Positions 16,666 through 25,873 of a DNA stretch of 39,624 nt are shown here, one piece after another (the stretch's first letter is position 1; every line of letters starts with the position of its first letter). Where the stretch lies: positions 1-39,624 of the IMG/VR virus record IMGVR_UViG_3300009095_000006. One strand, written 5' to 3'. The notes under the pieces are model-generated. The model made no database searches. It was not told where the DNA came from and saw nothing but the letters and a program-made list of their open reading frames with translations. The position numbers and the translations under genes were made by a program. This DNA is from a virus. Taxonomy: Duplodnaviria > Caudoviricetes.

Positions 16666-19600
16666 ATGGCAAAGAGCAGGCTAATTACCATTCCGTTCGC
16701 GCTGGGCATCGATGAGCGCACCGCGCCGCGCGAGCTCGAGCCCCGGGCGCTGCGTGAAGCCGTCAACGTGCGACAGCGGCAGCTCAAAGCGTTTGGCATG
16801 CGCTCGGACTACCTCGAGCAGGACATGGGCGAGATTGCCGGGGGCACGCTCGTCCCCTACGACCTGTTTTCGATGAATGGTCGGCTTTTCGCGCTGGGCG
16901 ATCGCCAGTCGCGGGACGCGCCCACAGATATCTCGGAGTTCGTCGATCAGCCTGGTGGCACATGGCGCGGCACGCTGCCCGATGGCTCGACGGGCACGCG
17001 AGTCCCGCCGGTAACTCGACTGCGTAACGTGGGGCAGACCCCCGACGTCTCCAGCCAGATCCAGACGGCGCGTGTCGCAGCGACGAACGGCATTGTTTGC
17101 CTGGTCTACGGCTTCGGTCAGATCAACGGCGGCGACACCTCGCACGTGCATATCTTCCGGGCCAAGGACGACGCGACGATTGTCCTGACAACGGTTGCCG
17201 TGTCCAATGCGCGCGTGGTCGCTGTCGGCGATTCACTGTGGGTTCTGGGCGTCGACGCGAACGATGACCTCGTGGGTTTTCGCTTCGACACGACGTCGGA
17301 CAGCGCGCTGCAAAGCTCGGTCACTCTCTACACGGGCACCGTGACCGCCTGCGTGTATGACGCCTGCCCGGTGAATGATTCGACGGTGTCTCAATTCGCG
17401 GTATTCGTGCGCGATGGCTCCACGACCGTGATTCGTCGCTTCGATGAGGCCGGCACGCAACAGCAGAGCTTTTCCGGGCCTGCCGTCGCCGCCGATACGC
17501 TCGCAATCGAGGCCGATGCGGACGCCAATCAGATCGTGGTCGCCACGCGCGTTGGCGCGGCCGACGTGAATGTGACCACCTACAATCTGTCGACAGCGGC
17601 CACCGTGGATGGGCCAACGGCAGCATTCGGCGAGGCCGTTACGGCCACCGCGAGGCTCAGCCTGGTTCGTTCGTCGCTCGCCGGCACGACGCTCGACTTG
17701 ACGAGCGATGATTCGAGCTCGACCGTGAAGCGGTTTCGATTCAACGGTGCAACACACGTTGGCTCGGTGCTCGTGGCCCACAACTACACGAGCGGCGGGC
17801 AAGCCGCAGCGAGCGCACTCGGTAGCGTGCAGCCGGTCATCAGCGGTGACGGGAATAACCAGCTGATTATCTACGATCAGCTCTCGGACTCCGGCGTGTA
17901 CGTCGCCGCTCAGCTCGACGAGCTCATCGCGCACCCGCTCTCGACCAGCGCGCAAACAGGCGGGCAAGTCTGCGTCGATACGAGCACGGGTCTCTACTAC
18001 TGGACGCGCCTGCTCGAGGGTACTGACAGCCAGCAGATCGCCGCCGTCACGGAGTTTGCGCTCGGGGCAACGGAACGTCGGCAAGTCTGCCAGGTCGGCA
18101 ACACGACGTTGATCACGGGTGCCGTTCCCCTTAGCTTTGATGCGCGCCAAGTCGTCGAAAGCGGCTTCCTGGAGAAGCCGGTTATCAGCGTCGCGCAAAG
18201 CACGGTTGGCGATCTGATTCCCGGCGCAGAGTACGACTATATCGCGATATACCAGTGGATCGACGCACAGGGCAGGCAGAGCAAGAGCCGGATTTCTGAC
18301 ATAGCCACGCTGCAGATCAGCGGAGGAACCACGGGCGACGTGTCCGCCAACGTGACGGTGTTTGCGCCGCACACCCTGAAAAAGGACTCGACCACTGGCA
18401 GCACGCCGGTCATCTCGCTCTATCGTACCGACGCCCTCGCAAGCCACGAGCCCGCGACTGTCACCGGCAGCGCCAGCATCGATTCCCCTTCAGCGTCGCT
18501 CGATGGCCTCGATCTCCGCGTCATCAGCGGGGATAGCAATCACTATACCGTGACGTTTACCAGCGCCGCCGTGGATGCGGACTCTATCCTGGAGGAGATC
18601 AACGACGTAATCAGCGCGGACGCCGTGGCCACCGTGTCTGGAGGCGTGCTGAACATCACCAGCGTAGAGGAGGGCGAAGGCGCAAACGTGCTCGTTCTGC
18701 GCGTGGGTACGGCCAATTCGATTCTCGGGTTCTCAACCAGCGCTGACACGGTTGCGCTCGGAACAACGACGATAACCAAAGGCAGCGTGTTCCACCTATG
18801 CGCCACGCGAGCCGTTCCGATTGCTGACGAGTTTGGCGAGCCGCTCGTAATGAGCGACTCGCTATCGGACGAAGACTTGCTAGAGCGCGAAACGCTCTAT
18901 ACTCAGGGCGAGAATGGCGCGCTGACCGGCATCCTCGAGCGCGAAGCGCCGCCTCCCTGTCGCTTCGCTTGCGCGGTGGGTTCGCGCGCGTTTCTCGGCG
19001 GCCTGCCGGACCCAACAGAGGTTGCCATCAGCTTCGATCTGTCGCCTGCCGAGGCGCTGGCGTTCTCTTCCGGGCTTGCGTTTCGCGCATGGGTCGATGG
19101 CCCCGTTACTGCAGTGGGCTCGCTCGACGGCATGCCTGTCGCATTCACCGAGTCCGACATCTTCCGCTTCACCAACATATTCCCAAACGACCAGGGCGCA
19201 GAAGGTGAGCTCGGGCCCCCGGTGCGCATTCCGAGCGAGGGCGGATGCAACAATCCGTTCTCGATTCTGGAAACGAGCATCGGCCTCTTCTATCTCAGCA
19301 CGAGCGGCAAACTGATGCTATTGCCGCGCGGCGCTGGCGCCCCAATCTGGATCGGGCAGCTCGTGCACGAAACGCTGCAGAGCTTTCCGAATATCACTGG
19401 CGCCGTCTATGTAGACGAAGACTTTTGCGCGGTGTTCTGCTGCCAAAACGCGGCCGGCGACGCGAGCGTGCTACTCGTCTATGACCTGCGGATCGGGCAA
19501 TGGTATCGCGATGAGTTTGCGAGCGCTCAGGTCATTCGAGCGGCCTCTGACTACCAGGGCAAACTCTCATATATCGACGACGCGACGGTGCGACTGCAGA

Positions 19601-20007
19601 GTGACTCGCTCACGCCCGGAACGTTCATCCCATACAATGCAATGACCGGCTCGCTCGCCCCGTTTGAGGGCGGAAACGCTGGTGCCGGCGAGATGATCTG
19701 CGTGCAAGCCAACGCCGAGTTTCGCGGCAATTGCACGCTCACGGCGCGCATCAGCTACGACGACGGGCAGACGTTCACGACGTTCGCCGTCAAGACCTTC
19801 GCGACGCCGACGTTCGCCGTGGGCGAAACCATCGTGATTCAGTGGTATCCTAGGGTTCGCAAGGGCTCGACGTATGTGTTAGACTTCGCAGTGACAGCGC
19901 TTGCTGGCGCGGCTTCTCCCGGCCTGATCCTCAACAGCTACACGATCGAGGTCAAAGCCGCGTCGCCCATCAAGCGCACGAGAACGACCGCAGCGCAGCG
20001 AGGATAA
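16666..20007 (+). CDS. Large tail protein, probable nozzle / tail tubular protein B-like
   Basis: 1113 aa beta-rich. FALGIDERT...EAVNVR N-terminus, YDYIAIYQWID..GRQSKS, LYTQG..LE..APP, and EGGC.NPFSI.E...GLFY motifs resemble podovirus nozzle/stabilisation proteins. Confidence 0.65.
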   Translation: MAKSRLITIPFALGIDERTAPRELEPRALREAVNVRQRQLKAFGMRSDYLEQDMGEIAGGTLVPYDLFSMNGRLFALGDRQSRDAPTDISEFVDQPGGTWRGTLPDGSTGTRVPPVTRLRNVGQTPDVSSQIQTARVAATNGIVCLVYGFGQINGGDTSHVHIFRAKDDATIVLTTVAVSNARVVAVGDSLWVLGVDANDDLVGFRFDTTSDSALQSSVTLYTGTVTACVYDACPVNDSTVSQFAVFVRDGSTTVIRRFDEAGTQQQSFSGPAVAADTLAIEADADANQIVVATRVGAADVNVTTYNLSTAATVDGPTAAFGEAVTATARLSLVRSSLAGTTLDLTSDDSSSTVKRFRFNGATHVGSVLVAHNYTSGGQAAASALGSVQPVISGDGNNQLIIYDQLSDSGVYVAAQLDELIAHPLSTSAQTGGQVCVDTSTGLYYWTRLLEGTDSQQIAAVTEFALGATERRQVCQVGNTTLITGAVPLSFDARQVVESGFLEKPVISVAQSTVGDLIPGAEYDYIAIYQWIDAQGRQSKSRISDIATLQISGGTTGDVSANVTVFAPHTLKKDSTTGSTPVISLYRTDALASHEPATVTGSASIDSPSASLDGLDLRVISGDSNHYTVTFTSAAVDADSILEEINDVISADAVATVSGGVLNITSVEEGEGANVLVLRVGTANSILGFSTSADTVALGTTTITKGSVFHLCATRAVPIADEFGEPLVMSDSLSDEDLLERETLYTQGENGALTGILEREAPPPCRFACAVGSRAFLGGLPDPTEVAISFDLSPAEALAFSSGLAFRAWVDGPVTAVGSLDGMPVAFTESDIFRFTNIFPNDQGAEGELGPPVRIPSEGGCNNPFSILETSIGLFYLSTSGKLMLLPRGAGAPIWIGQLVHETLQSFPNITGAVYVDEDFCAVFCCQNAAGDASVLLVYDLRIGQWYRDEFASAQVIRAASDYQGKLSYIDDATVRLQSDSLTPGTFIPYNAMTGSLAPFEGGNAGAGEMICVQANAEFRGNCTLTARISYDDGQTFTTFAVKTFATPTFAVGETIVIQWYPRVRKGSTYVLDFAVTALAGAASPGLILNSYTIEVKAASPIKRTRTTAAQRG

Positions 20008-20008
20008 C

Positions 20009-21439
20009 ATGCCGAGTCCCTCTTCTACCGGGCCCTATCTAGATTTTTTGGGTGAAACACCCGAAGAAGAAGAAGAACGCATGCGGCGCGAGCAAGAGGC
20101 TGCCGCTACCACGCCCGAAGCCAGGGCGGCTCAGGCTGCCGCGAGGGCGGCGCAGACGCGCTTCGAGAACGAGACTGCCGAGGCTCGGAAAGACTTGCCC
20201 GGCAGCGTTCGTTCGCTGCGTGGCCAGCAGTTTTCAAAAGACGTCGCGAGCGGGGTGCGGACCATACGCACCCCACCCGGGCAATGGGGCCAGTTTGAAT
20301 ACGCCCGAACGGGTCGCCCCGATAATTACAGGGCGAACGCCCCTGATCAGCTGGGCTGGGATATCGCCCGACTCGGCGCTTACTTTCTCGGCGGGGGACC
20401 AGCTGCTGAGGTGACGCGCCGATACTTGCCAAAGGACATCGGGAATGTCCTCTTGAATCCATCAAACTTGGTTGATGAGGCAGCGGACCAAATAATCCCC
20501 GGAGGGTCGGGCGTCAGCGGCGGCTCTCTCCTTCCGTACCTGGACAACTCGGACGTGTTTTCTCGCGTTAGCGGAGAGGACAAATTCTATCCGTCAGAGA
20601 CGATCCAAAGCGGAAGTCGCAACGATGGCTACCGCGGCGTGACCAACTCCGGCAACACGGGGATTATCAGCGGACTCATCGACAACCAGCCGGGCTACCC
20701 TCTGGGTGACCTTCTGCTCGGCGGCACCGGTGCCTCACCAGCCGGCACCGGTGCCGGTGCCTCACCAGCCGGTACCGGTGCCTCCTACTTCGGCGAAGGA
20801 ATTCGGCGCCCCGACAGCTATCGCGGCCTCGGCATCGAGCGCCCGGCAAGCACTCGCACGGATGACGTGATGGGACAGCTGCAAGCGCTCTTTGCCGGCG
20901 AGCAGCGGCAGGGCCCGAGCGAAGCCGAGGCGCTGCTACACCAGGCGACGGACCGCGCCGCGGGACAAGCGCTCGGCATCGCGGCAGGCGCCCGCGGCGG
21001 CGCTGGCGCGCGCGCGAGAGCTCGCAGCCAGGCCATCGCCGCCAACGCTGCGCTGGGCTCGCGAGCAAGCCAGGACGTGGCGGCGCTGCGCGCGCGCGAG
21101 GATGCCGAGCGGCGAGCTCGGCAGGCCCAGATCATGGGCCTGATCTCGGGCGCCGCTCAGGGCGCGGATGCTCGCGACCTCGCTTATGCCGAGGCCGATC
21201 AGCGCGCGCGCGCAGCGGCCGACAACCTCGATCTGGGATACACGCAGGCCGACGTTGATGCTCGCCTGGCGGCAGCGTCGCTCGCCAATTCGGCGTATCA
21301 GTCCGAGGCCGACAGGGCGCTGCGTGAGACCATTTTCGCGGCGCAAGACCGCACGTTTATCGATCGCCTGAAGCGGGACCCGATCGGCACGATCGGGCCC
21401 GCCGCGGGAAAGATTGTGTCGAAGTATTTCGGCTTCTGA
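20009..21439 (+). CDS. Probable internal virion / DNA ejection protein 1
   Basis: Follows the nozzle gene; A/Q/G-rich helical C-half (GPSEAEALLHQATDRAAGQALGIAAGARGG). Confidence 0.55.
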   Translation: MPSPSSTGPYLDFLGETPEEEEERMRREQEAAATTPEARAAQAAARAAQTRFENETAEARKDLPGSVRSLRGQQFSKDVASGVRTIRTPPGQWGQFEYARTGRPDNYRANAPDQLGWDIARLGAYFLGGGPAAEVTRRYLPKDIGNVLLNPSNLVDEAADQIIPGGSGVSGGSLLPYLDNSDVFSRVSGEDKFYPSETIQSGSRNDGYRGVTNSGNTGIISGLIDNQPGYPLGDLLLGGTGASPAGTGAGASPAGTGASYFGEGIRRPDSYRGLGIERPASTRTDDVMGQLQALFAGEQRQGPSEAEALLHQATDRAAGQALGIAAGARGGAGARARARSQAIAANAALGSRASQDVAALRAREDAERRARQAQIMGLISGAAQGADARDLAYAEADQRARAAADNLDLGYTQADVDARLAAASLANSAYQSEADRALRETIFAAQDRTFIDRLKRDPIGTIGPAAGKIVSKYFGF

Positions 21440-21480
21440 ATGGTCGCCCCCCGGTCGGGGTGCCCTCTCGGGGCAGCTAT

Positions 21481-21669
21481 TCAGTCGCGCGGCACGCAGC
21501 ACGGACGCGCGCAGTGCAGCGGGTGATTCGGGTGCCTCGGGTCGTCGGTATCCAGGCACCCGGTTTCGGGCGCTGCCCGCTGCTCTTGGGTGAGCAGTGG
21601 CCGCGGCTCTGGCCGCCAATCCGCGGGCAATTCGCCGGTTCGATAGTAGTGATTCAGCAGCTGTTGCAT
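21481..21669 (-). CDS. Hypothetical protein (62 aa)
   Basis: MQQLLNHYYRTG...; last gene of a minus-strand island; hairpin follows. Confidence 0.45.
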   Translation of the reverse strand: MQQLLNHYYRTGELPADWRPEPRPLLTQEQRAAPETGCLDTDDPRHPNHPLHCARPCCVPRD

Positions 21670-21706
21670 TGCCGTTCTCACAGAGCATCCCCTTCTCCTG
21701 GCGCCC

Positions 21707-21928
21707 TCACGACGCCACCAGCCCCGCAAACCACGCCTCAGTCTGCCAGTCCACCTCGGCGGGCTTGGGCCCTTTATGCGCCCCCCACAGATTATACACT
21801 GCGCTCGGGCGGCGCGCCTCCGCCCATTGGTGTGCCTCCTCCCGCGAATCAAACTCGGCCATGGCAACGCACGTGCCGTTGAATGGGCCGCCGCGGCGGA
21901 CCGCTACGAATTGCTTGGTGTGCCTCAC
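21707..21928 (-). CDS. Hypothetical protein (73 aa)
   Basis: GTGA overlap; FDSREEAHQWA motif common in small phage proteins. Confidence 0.5.
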   Translation of the reverse strand: MRHTKQFVAVRRGGPFNGTCVAMAEFDSREEAHQWAEARRPSAVYNLWGAHKGPKPAEVDWQTEAWFAGLVAS

Positions 21929-22278
21929 GACGCCACCTCGGGCGCAAGCGCAAGGCTGATATCGATAGCGTCGCACCAGCGCATGTTCCACCGCACGAGG
22001 TGCGCCGTGGAGTTGGCCAGGCTGGCTCGCACGCGAGCCTGGAATGCGCGCCACTCGGCCTTGGTGCGGGGGTGCTCCTGTGCGTAGGCCGTGGCGTACA
22101 CGACCGCATCGATGTACTGCACGCTCATGGCCACGCTCATGGCGCGCTCGTCACCGCGAGCGCGTGCGTATCCCTCGGCTGGTGTGTCGTGCTCCCGTGC
22201 GCACGTCGCGCATAGGTACACGCCCTCATTCTCTTCCGTGTTCGGGATGTCGGCACGGCATTCTGCGCAGAAGTTCAT
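21925..22278 (-). CDS. Zn-finger hypothetical protein
   Basis: MNFCAEC...LCATC; ATGA overlap; GGAGAG RBS. Confidence 0.6.
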   Translation of the reverse strand: MNFCAECRADIPNTEENEGVYLCATCAREHDTPAEGYARARGDERAMSVAMSVQYIDAVVYATAYAQEHPRTKAEWRAFQARVRASLANSTAHLVRWNMRWCDAIDISLALAPEVAS

Positions 22279-22556
22279 ACTCTCTCCCGCTCTTCCACCC
22301 ACCGACGGTAGGCTCGGCTCGCCTCCACGCAGAGCTCATCGGATCGCGCCCACAGCTCTTCAGACCGCTTTTTAGCCGCGGCGAGTGCCGCGCGTGCCGC
22401 GACAAGCGCGGGCTCGTCACGCTCGTCACGCCAGTCCGCGCGCGCGGCCTCTACCGCCTCTTCCGCCGCCATTACCGCGCGGTTCGAGGCCCACGCGGCG
22501 TCGCGCGCCGGACAGAATCTACTCTCCGCCGCGCGCCATTCCTGTTCTTTGGTCAT
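22275..22556 (-). CDS. Helical hypothetical protein (93 aa)
   Basis: MTKEQEWR...; purine-rich RBS; coupled to the next gene. Confidence 0.55.
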   Translation of the reverse strand: MTKEQEWRAAESRFCPARDAAWASNRAVMAAEEAVEAARADWRDERDEPALVAARAALAAAKKRSEELWARSDELCVEASRAYRRWVEERERV

Positions 22557-22630
22557 TGTCTCTCGTCTTTCTGCAGCCAATTGTGGCCAGCGCTGAGGGC
22601 CCTCGTGAGGGCCCCGTGCGCCGGTCGCTA

Positions 22631-22933
22631 TCAGGCCGTCTCCCGCAGACCAGCGGCGCGCAGCGCCTCGCGCACGGCGGCGGGATAGCTCAGGCAGCCG
22701 AGCTCGTCGGACCAGATGCAGCACAGCTGATCCAGGGTATGCCGCGCCGAGCGGGCCAACGCCTGCTGTCCCGAGGCGACGTGCCGCGCGATGTCGCGGA
22801 CGGTGGAGAGCGCGATCTCGTGCGTCCCGCCGGAGTAATCCACGGAGCCGCCACGGCTGCGCTCAGCCAGGCTGGCGCGCTTCGCACGGATCCACTCGTT
22901 GGTCTTCTTGTTCGGGGATTTGGTGTTTCGCAT
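22631..22933 (-). CDS. Hypothetical protein (100 aa)
   Basis: AAAGGA RBS before ATG 22933; hairpin after the stop. Confidence 0.55.
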   Translation of the reverse strand: MRNTKSPNKKTNEWIRAKRASLAERSRGGSVDYSGGTHEIALSTVRDIARHVASGQQALARSARHTLDQLCCIWSDELGCLSYPAAVREALRAAGLRETA

Positions 22934-22973
22934 GACTTTCGTTCCTTTTTTTGAAGGGGCCGCCTCCCTCACT

Positions 22974-23189
22974 CTACCCAAGCCGCGCCACTGGAAAGCC
23001 GCGCTGGGGCCAGTCGCCAGGGACTCGCGCCGGGCAAACCGAGGCCTCGGCCTTGGTCTTGCACAGGATCTCGCGAAGCGCCGTCGACTCGACGACCGTG
23101 CCCGCGAGGCTCTTGCCCACGTAGCGAACTCGGCCGTTGCCGTTGAGAGAGTAGCCGTGGGCGTCCTGGTGAATCTTGATGGTGATCAT
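22974..23189 (-). CDS. Hypothetical protein (71 aa)
   Basis: GAGGAG RBS; first gene after a TTGACA promoter. Confidence 0.6.
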   Translation of the reverse strand: MITIKIHQDAHGYSLNGNGRVRYVGKSLAGTVVESTALREILCKTKAEASVCPARVPGDWPQRGFPVARLG

Positions 23190-23227
23190 TGCTGGTTCTC
23201 CTCGGTTGTCGCCGTCGCCGTCGACTC

Positions 23228-23260
23228 AGTATAGATATCACCGAGTGATATCACTGTCAA
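23228..23260 (-). promoter_or_regulatory. Sigma70-like promoter (TTGACA ... TATCTATACT) with paired GATATC boxes
   Basis: Perfect TTGACA at 23260-23255; palindrome GATATCAC-cga-GTGATATC; boxes at 23234 and 23247. Confidence 0.7.
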
Positions 23261-23261
23261 G

Positions 23262-23552
23262 CTACTTGCTGTCGGGCCACCTACTTTTTTCGTTTTCGGC
23301 CCGCCAGGCGGCGAGCCATTCCGACGTCATGTAGACCGGCTTGCCCGCGTCGTCAGCCATCCAACGCGCTTGGTTCAGCTGGTCCTCGGGCATCGAATGG
23401 CAGGTCGTGTAGTACCCAGAAACCGAGTCGTAGACCCGCACCGTGCCGTCGGTGTCGACCCATAGCTCGTGCTCGCGCGGTGATTCACCGGCGAACGGCG
23501 AGCAGGTCATGACTACGTTCGTGCGCGGGCCGAGCTCATCGGGGGAAAGCAT
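23262..23552 (-). CDS. Hypothetical protein (96 aa)
   Basis: AGGAG RBS; VDTDGTVRVYDSVSGYYTTCHS. Confidence 0.65.
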   Translation of the reverse strand: MLSPDELGPRTNVVMTCSPFAGESPREHELWVDTDGTVRVYDSVSGYYTTCHSMPEDQLNQARWMADDAGKPVYMTSEWLAAWRAENEKSRWPDSK

Positions 23553-23664
23553 GCGTCATCTCCTGGTGTTGGTTTCGTTGACCCTGCTCCGGGCGGCGCT
23601 CTGGTCATCCCATCCGATCTGCCGCGCCCTCGCGGGAGGATGGGAGCCACGTCGCCCAGAGCAG

Positions 23665-23681
23665 GGCCCCCGAAGGGGGCC
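23665..23681 (-). terminator. cUUCGg-capped GC hairpin after a stop codon
   Basis: Minus strand GGCCCCC-TTC-GGGGGCC containing cUUCGg, 7 nt after the stop at 23689; no U-tract. Confidence 0.45.
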
Positions 23682-23688
23682 ACACCGA

Positions 23689-24009
23689 TCAGCTGTCCTC
23701 GTCGTACTGCCCCGAGCTGTAGTAGCTCGGGCTGCCAACCACACCATCCCAGCCGTACTTGCGGCAGTCCTCGCGGCCATAACCGCGGCCACCGTAGGAG
23801 CGCCCGCGGTTGCTCGGAGCGCGGTCGCTCTCGATTGCGCAGATCGCGTAATCCGAGCCCTGGCTGACCACCGTTTTGATCGTGACCCGCTTGACCTCGC
23901 CGGCCTTGGTGCGCACCGAAACAACCGCGCCAGCCTTTGCTTGGCCCTTGTCGGCCTTGCCGAATTTGATTCCCCACTCGCCCGACCGAAGCTTCATGAA
24001 CGTTGCCAT
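23689..24009 (-). CDS. Hypothetical phage early protein (106 aa)
   Basis: MATFMKLRSGEWGIK...GAVVSVRTKAGEVK; first gene after a GATATC promoter. Confidence 0.7.
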   Translation of the reverse strand: MATFMKLRSGEWGIKFGKADKGQAKAGAVVSVRTKAGEVKRVTIKTVVSQGSDYAICAIESDRAPSNRGRSYGGRGYGREDCRKYGWDGVVGSPSYYSSGQYDEDS

Positions 24010-24049
24010 TTTGACTTCTTTCTCGCGGCCGCCGCCGCGTCACACCATA

Positions 24050-24078
24050 TAGATATCACAGGTTGATATCAGTGTCGA
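24050..24078 (-). promoter_or_regulatory. Promoter TCGACA-17-TATCTA with paired GATATC boxes
   Basis: Boxes at 24052 and 24065; near copy of the 23228-23260 element. Confidence 0.65.
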
Positions 24079-24130
24079 GCTCTCGGGCGAAAAAAAGTGA
24101 ATCCGTCCCAGTGGCTGATATACTGCTCGG

Positions 24131-25873
24131 ATGGCACTGACTTTCGAAGAAGACCCGGAAACACCCGGCCTCATCTACGCCGTGGACAGCGAGACTGGCT
24201 TGCGCCGGCCCGCATACGATCGGTCCGGGGCGCTGCGCGCCAGCCTCGAGGCGCGCGCGGGAGCTCCCGAGCCGCCCCCCGTCTACACGCCCGAGCCAGC
24301 GGCCCCCGTGAGCGTGCAGGACGCGCTGCGCGCGCCTCCGGTGGGGCCACCTCCGCCCCCGGCTGAACCCGACCCGGTTGCGGCAGCCTGGCAGCGCGCG
24401 CAAGAGCCGGCGCCGGCACCCATGGTGCGCGCGAGTGGCGCGCCGATGCCGCCGCCGCAAGCGGGGCCCGGCATGGTGTTGAGCAAAGCCAAGGTCGAGA
24501 TGGGCACGCCCGGTCACACCTACGATCAGGCTGCAGAGGAGCAACGCGGAGCCGACCTGCTCGAGCGCACGAGCGAGATTGACCGACGCGCGGCACTCGT
24601 CGATGCCATGATGAATGAGCAGCAGATCGAGCTCGGCAAACAGCGGGAAGAAGCCGCGCGGCGCGAGGCGATCAACGCCGAGCGCTCGACGCGCTACGAG
24701 CGCGAGCTGCGCGAAACGGTTCAGCGCGAGATCAACCCAAATCGAATCCGCCAAAACACGTCGCTGTTTGGCTCGATTCTCGGCATCATCGGACAGGGAC
24801 TCGCTGAGGTCACGCAGCCCGGCGCATGGGAGCAGATCCAGCGCGCTCTGGACGCTCGGGTGGAGCGCGACATTCAAGCGCAGCGCGAGCAACGCGACAG
24901 CATGATCAGTATGTTGACGCGCAAGCTCGGCAGCGCGCAACAAGCCGAGGCGCACTATCGCGCGCAGACCAACGCGCTCGCCGCTGACCTGATCGAGACG
25001 CGATTGAAGCGGCTCGGGCTCGCAGAGGCGTACGGCGATCAGATCCAAGGCTTGCGTGACCAGGCCATGGCGTACAACGAAGCCGCGAAGGTCGCGAGCT
25101 TTGGTAAACCAGGCAAGGCTGAGTACGAGTTTGAGCGCCTCAAAGGCGGCGCGGGTGGCTCCGCCTACACGAACGAGACACTGAGCAAGCTCAAAGCCAT
25201 CGGCATCGACGAAAAACGGTATCGCGAGGGGCTCGATGCAAAAACCTCGGGCGGCCTCACCGTGCGACAGACGGGCGACGCAATCAAGCAGCTCGACGCC
25301 GACACCAACGCGATCAGATCACTGATGGCCGCGAATGGCGGCGACCTGGCAGGACGCGAAGTGATTCAGCTGCCACAGTCGCTCTCGAATTGGGCCGCCC
25401 AACTCGGCATCGAGAAGCACATGAACCGAGAGGAGGTCAATCAGCTGATACAACAGCACGTGATCGCGCGCGCGAAGCAGCTCGGCGGCGAAACCACGGC
25501 AAGTGACCTCGCCGCCGCGCAAAAAGAGATTGGCGTCACGCCGACGGCTTACCTGCGATGGCTGCAGCGCGCGCGCGACGTCCAGAATCGCGAGATTCGC
25601 AGCGCTCTCGAGCAGCAATTCCCAGGACGGGGGCAACAGGTTTTCGAATTGCTGCTCGGCGGCGCTTCAAAAAACGTGGGCGTGCCACAGACCAAAGCAA
25701 CACCATTCGAGGCGCGCAATGCGCCGCCCGCATCCGAGCCAGCGCGCGAGCGGTCCGACGTGGAAAAACGACAGGCGGAAAACCGGCGCAAACTCCGAGA
25801 GCGTGTCGGCGGTTTTTTCGACGGCTTCGGTTCGCCAATTCAGCTGCCACAGTCCGGTCGAGGTAGGTTCTGA
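24131..25873 (+). CDS. Probable internal virion / DNA ejection protein 2
   Basis: 580 aa; Pro-rich N-terminus, long coiled coils, hydrophobic GSILGIIGQGL segment followed by ERDIQAQR; TGATG-coupled to the next gene. Confidence 0.6.
   Translation: MALTFEEDPETPGLIYAVDSETGLRRPAYDRSGALRASLEARAGAPEPPPVYTPEPAAPVSVQDALRAPPVGPPPPPAEPDPVAAAWQRAQEPAPAPMVRASGAPMPPPQAGPGMVLSKAKVEMGTPGHTYDQAAEEQRGADLLERTSEIDRRAALVDAMMNEQQIELGKQREEAARREAINAERSTRYERELRETVQREINPNRIRQNTSLFGSILGIIGQGLAEVTQPGAWEQIQRALDARVERDIQAQREQRDSMISMLTRKLGSAQQAEAHYRAQTNALAADLIETRLKRLGLAEAYGDQIQGLRDQAMAYNEAAKVASFGKPGKAEYEFERLKGGAGGSAYTNETLSKLKAIGIDEKRYREGLDAKTSGGLTVRQTGDAIKQLDADTNAIRSLMAANGGDLAGREVIQLPQSLSNWAAQLGIEKHMNREEVNQLIQQHVIARAKQLGGETTASDLAAAQKEIGVTPTAYLRWLQRARDVQNREIRSALEQQFPGRGQQVFELLLGGASKNVGVPQTKATPFEARNAPPASEPARERSDVEKRQAENRRKLRERVGGFFDGFGSPIQLPQSGRGRF

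Noticed and set aside
20722-20785. GTGASPA repeats in ejection protein 1 (also the APEQT/ADAVV and EEPEES repeats elsewhere)
   Set aside because: Short in-frame low-complexity linker duplications, common and not informative
1089-25048. Many long antisense ORFs (e.g. 1089-2009, 7772-8785, 17233-18447, 24056-25048)
   Set aside because: Expected stop-poor shadows of high-GC coding strands; no motifs, and they overlap well-supported genes
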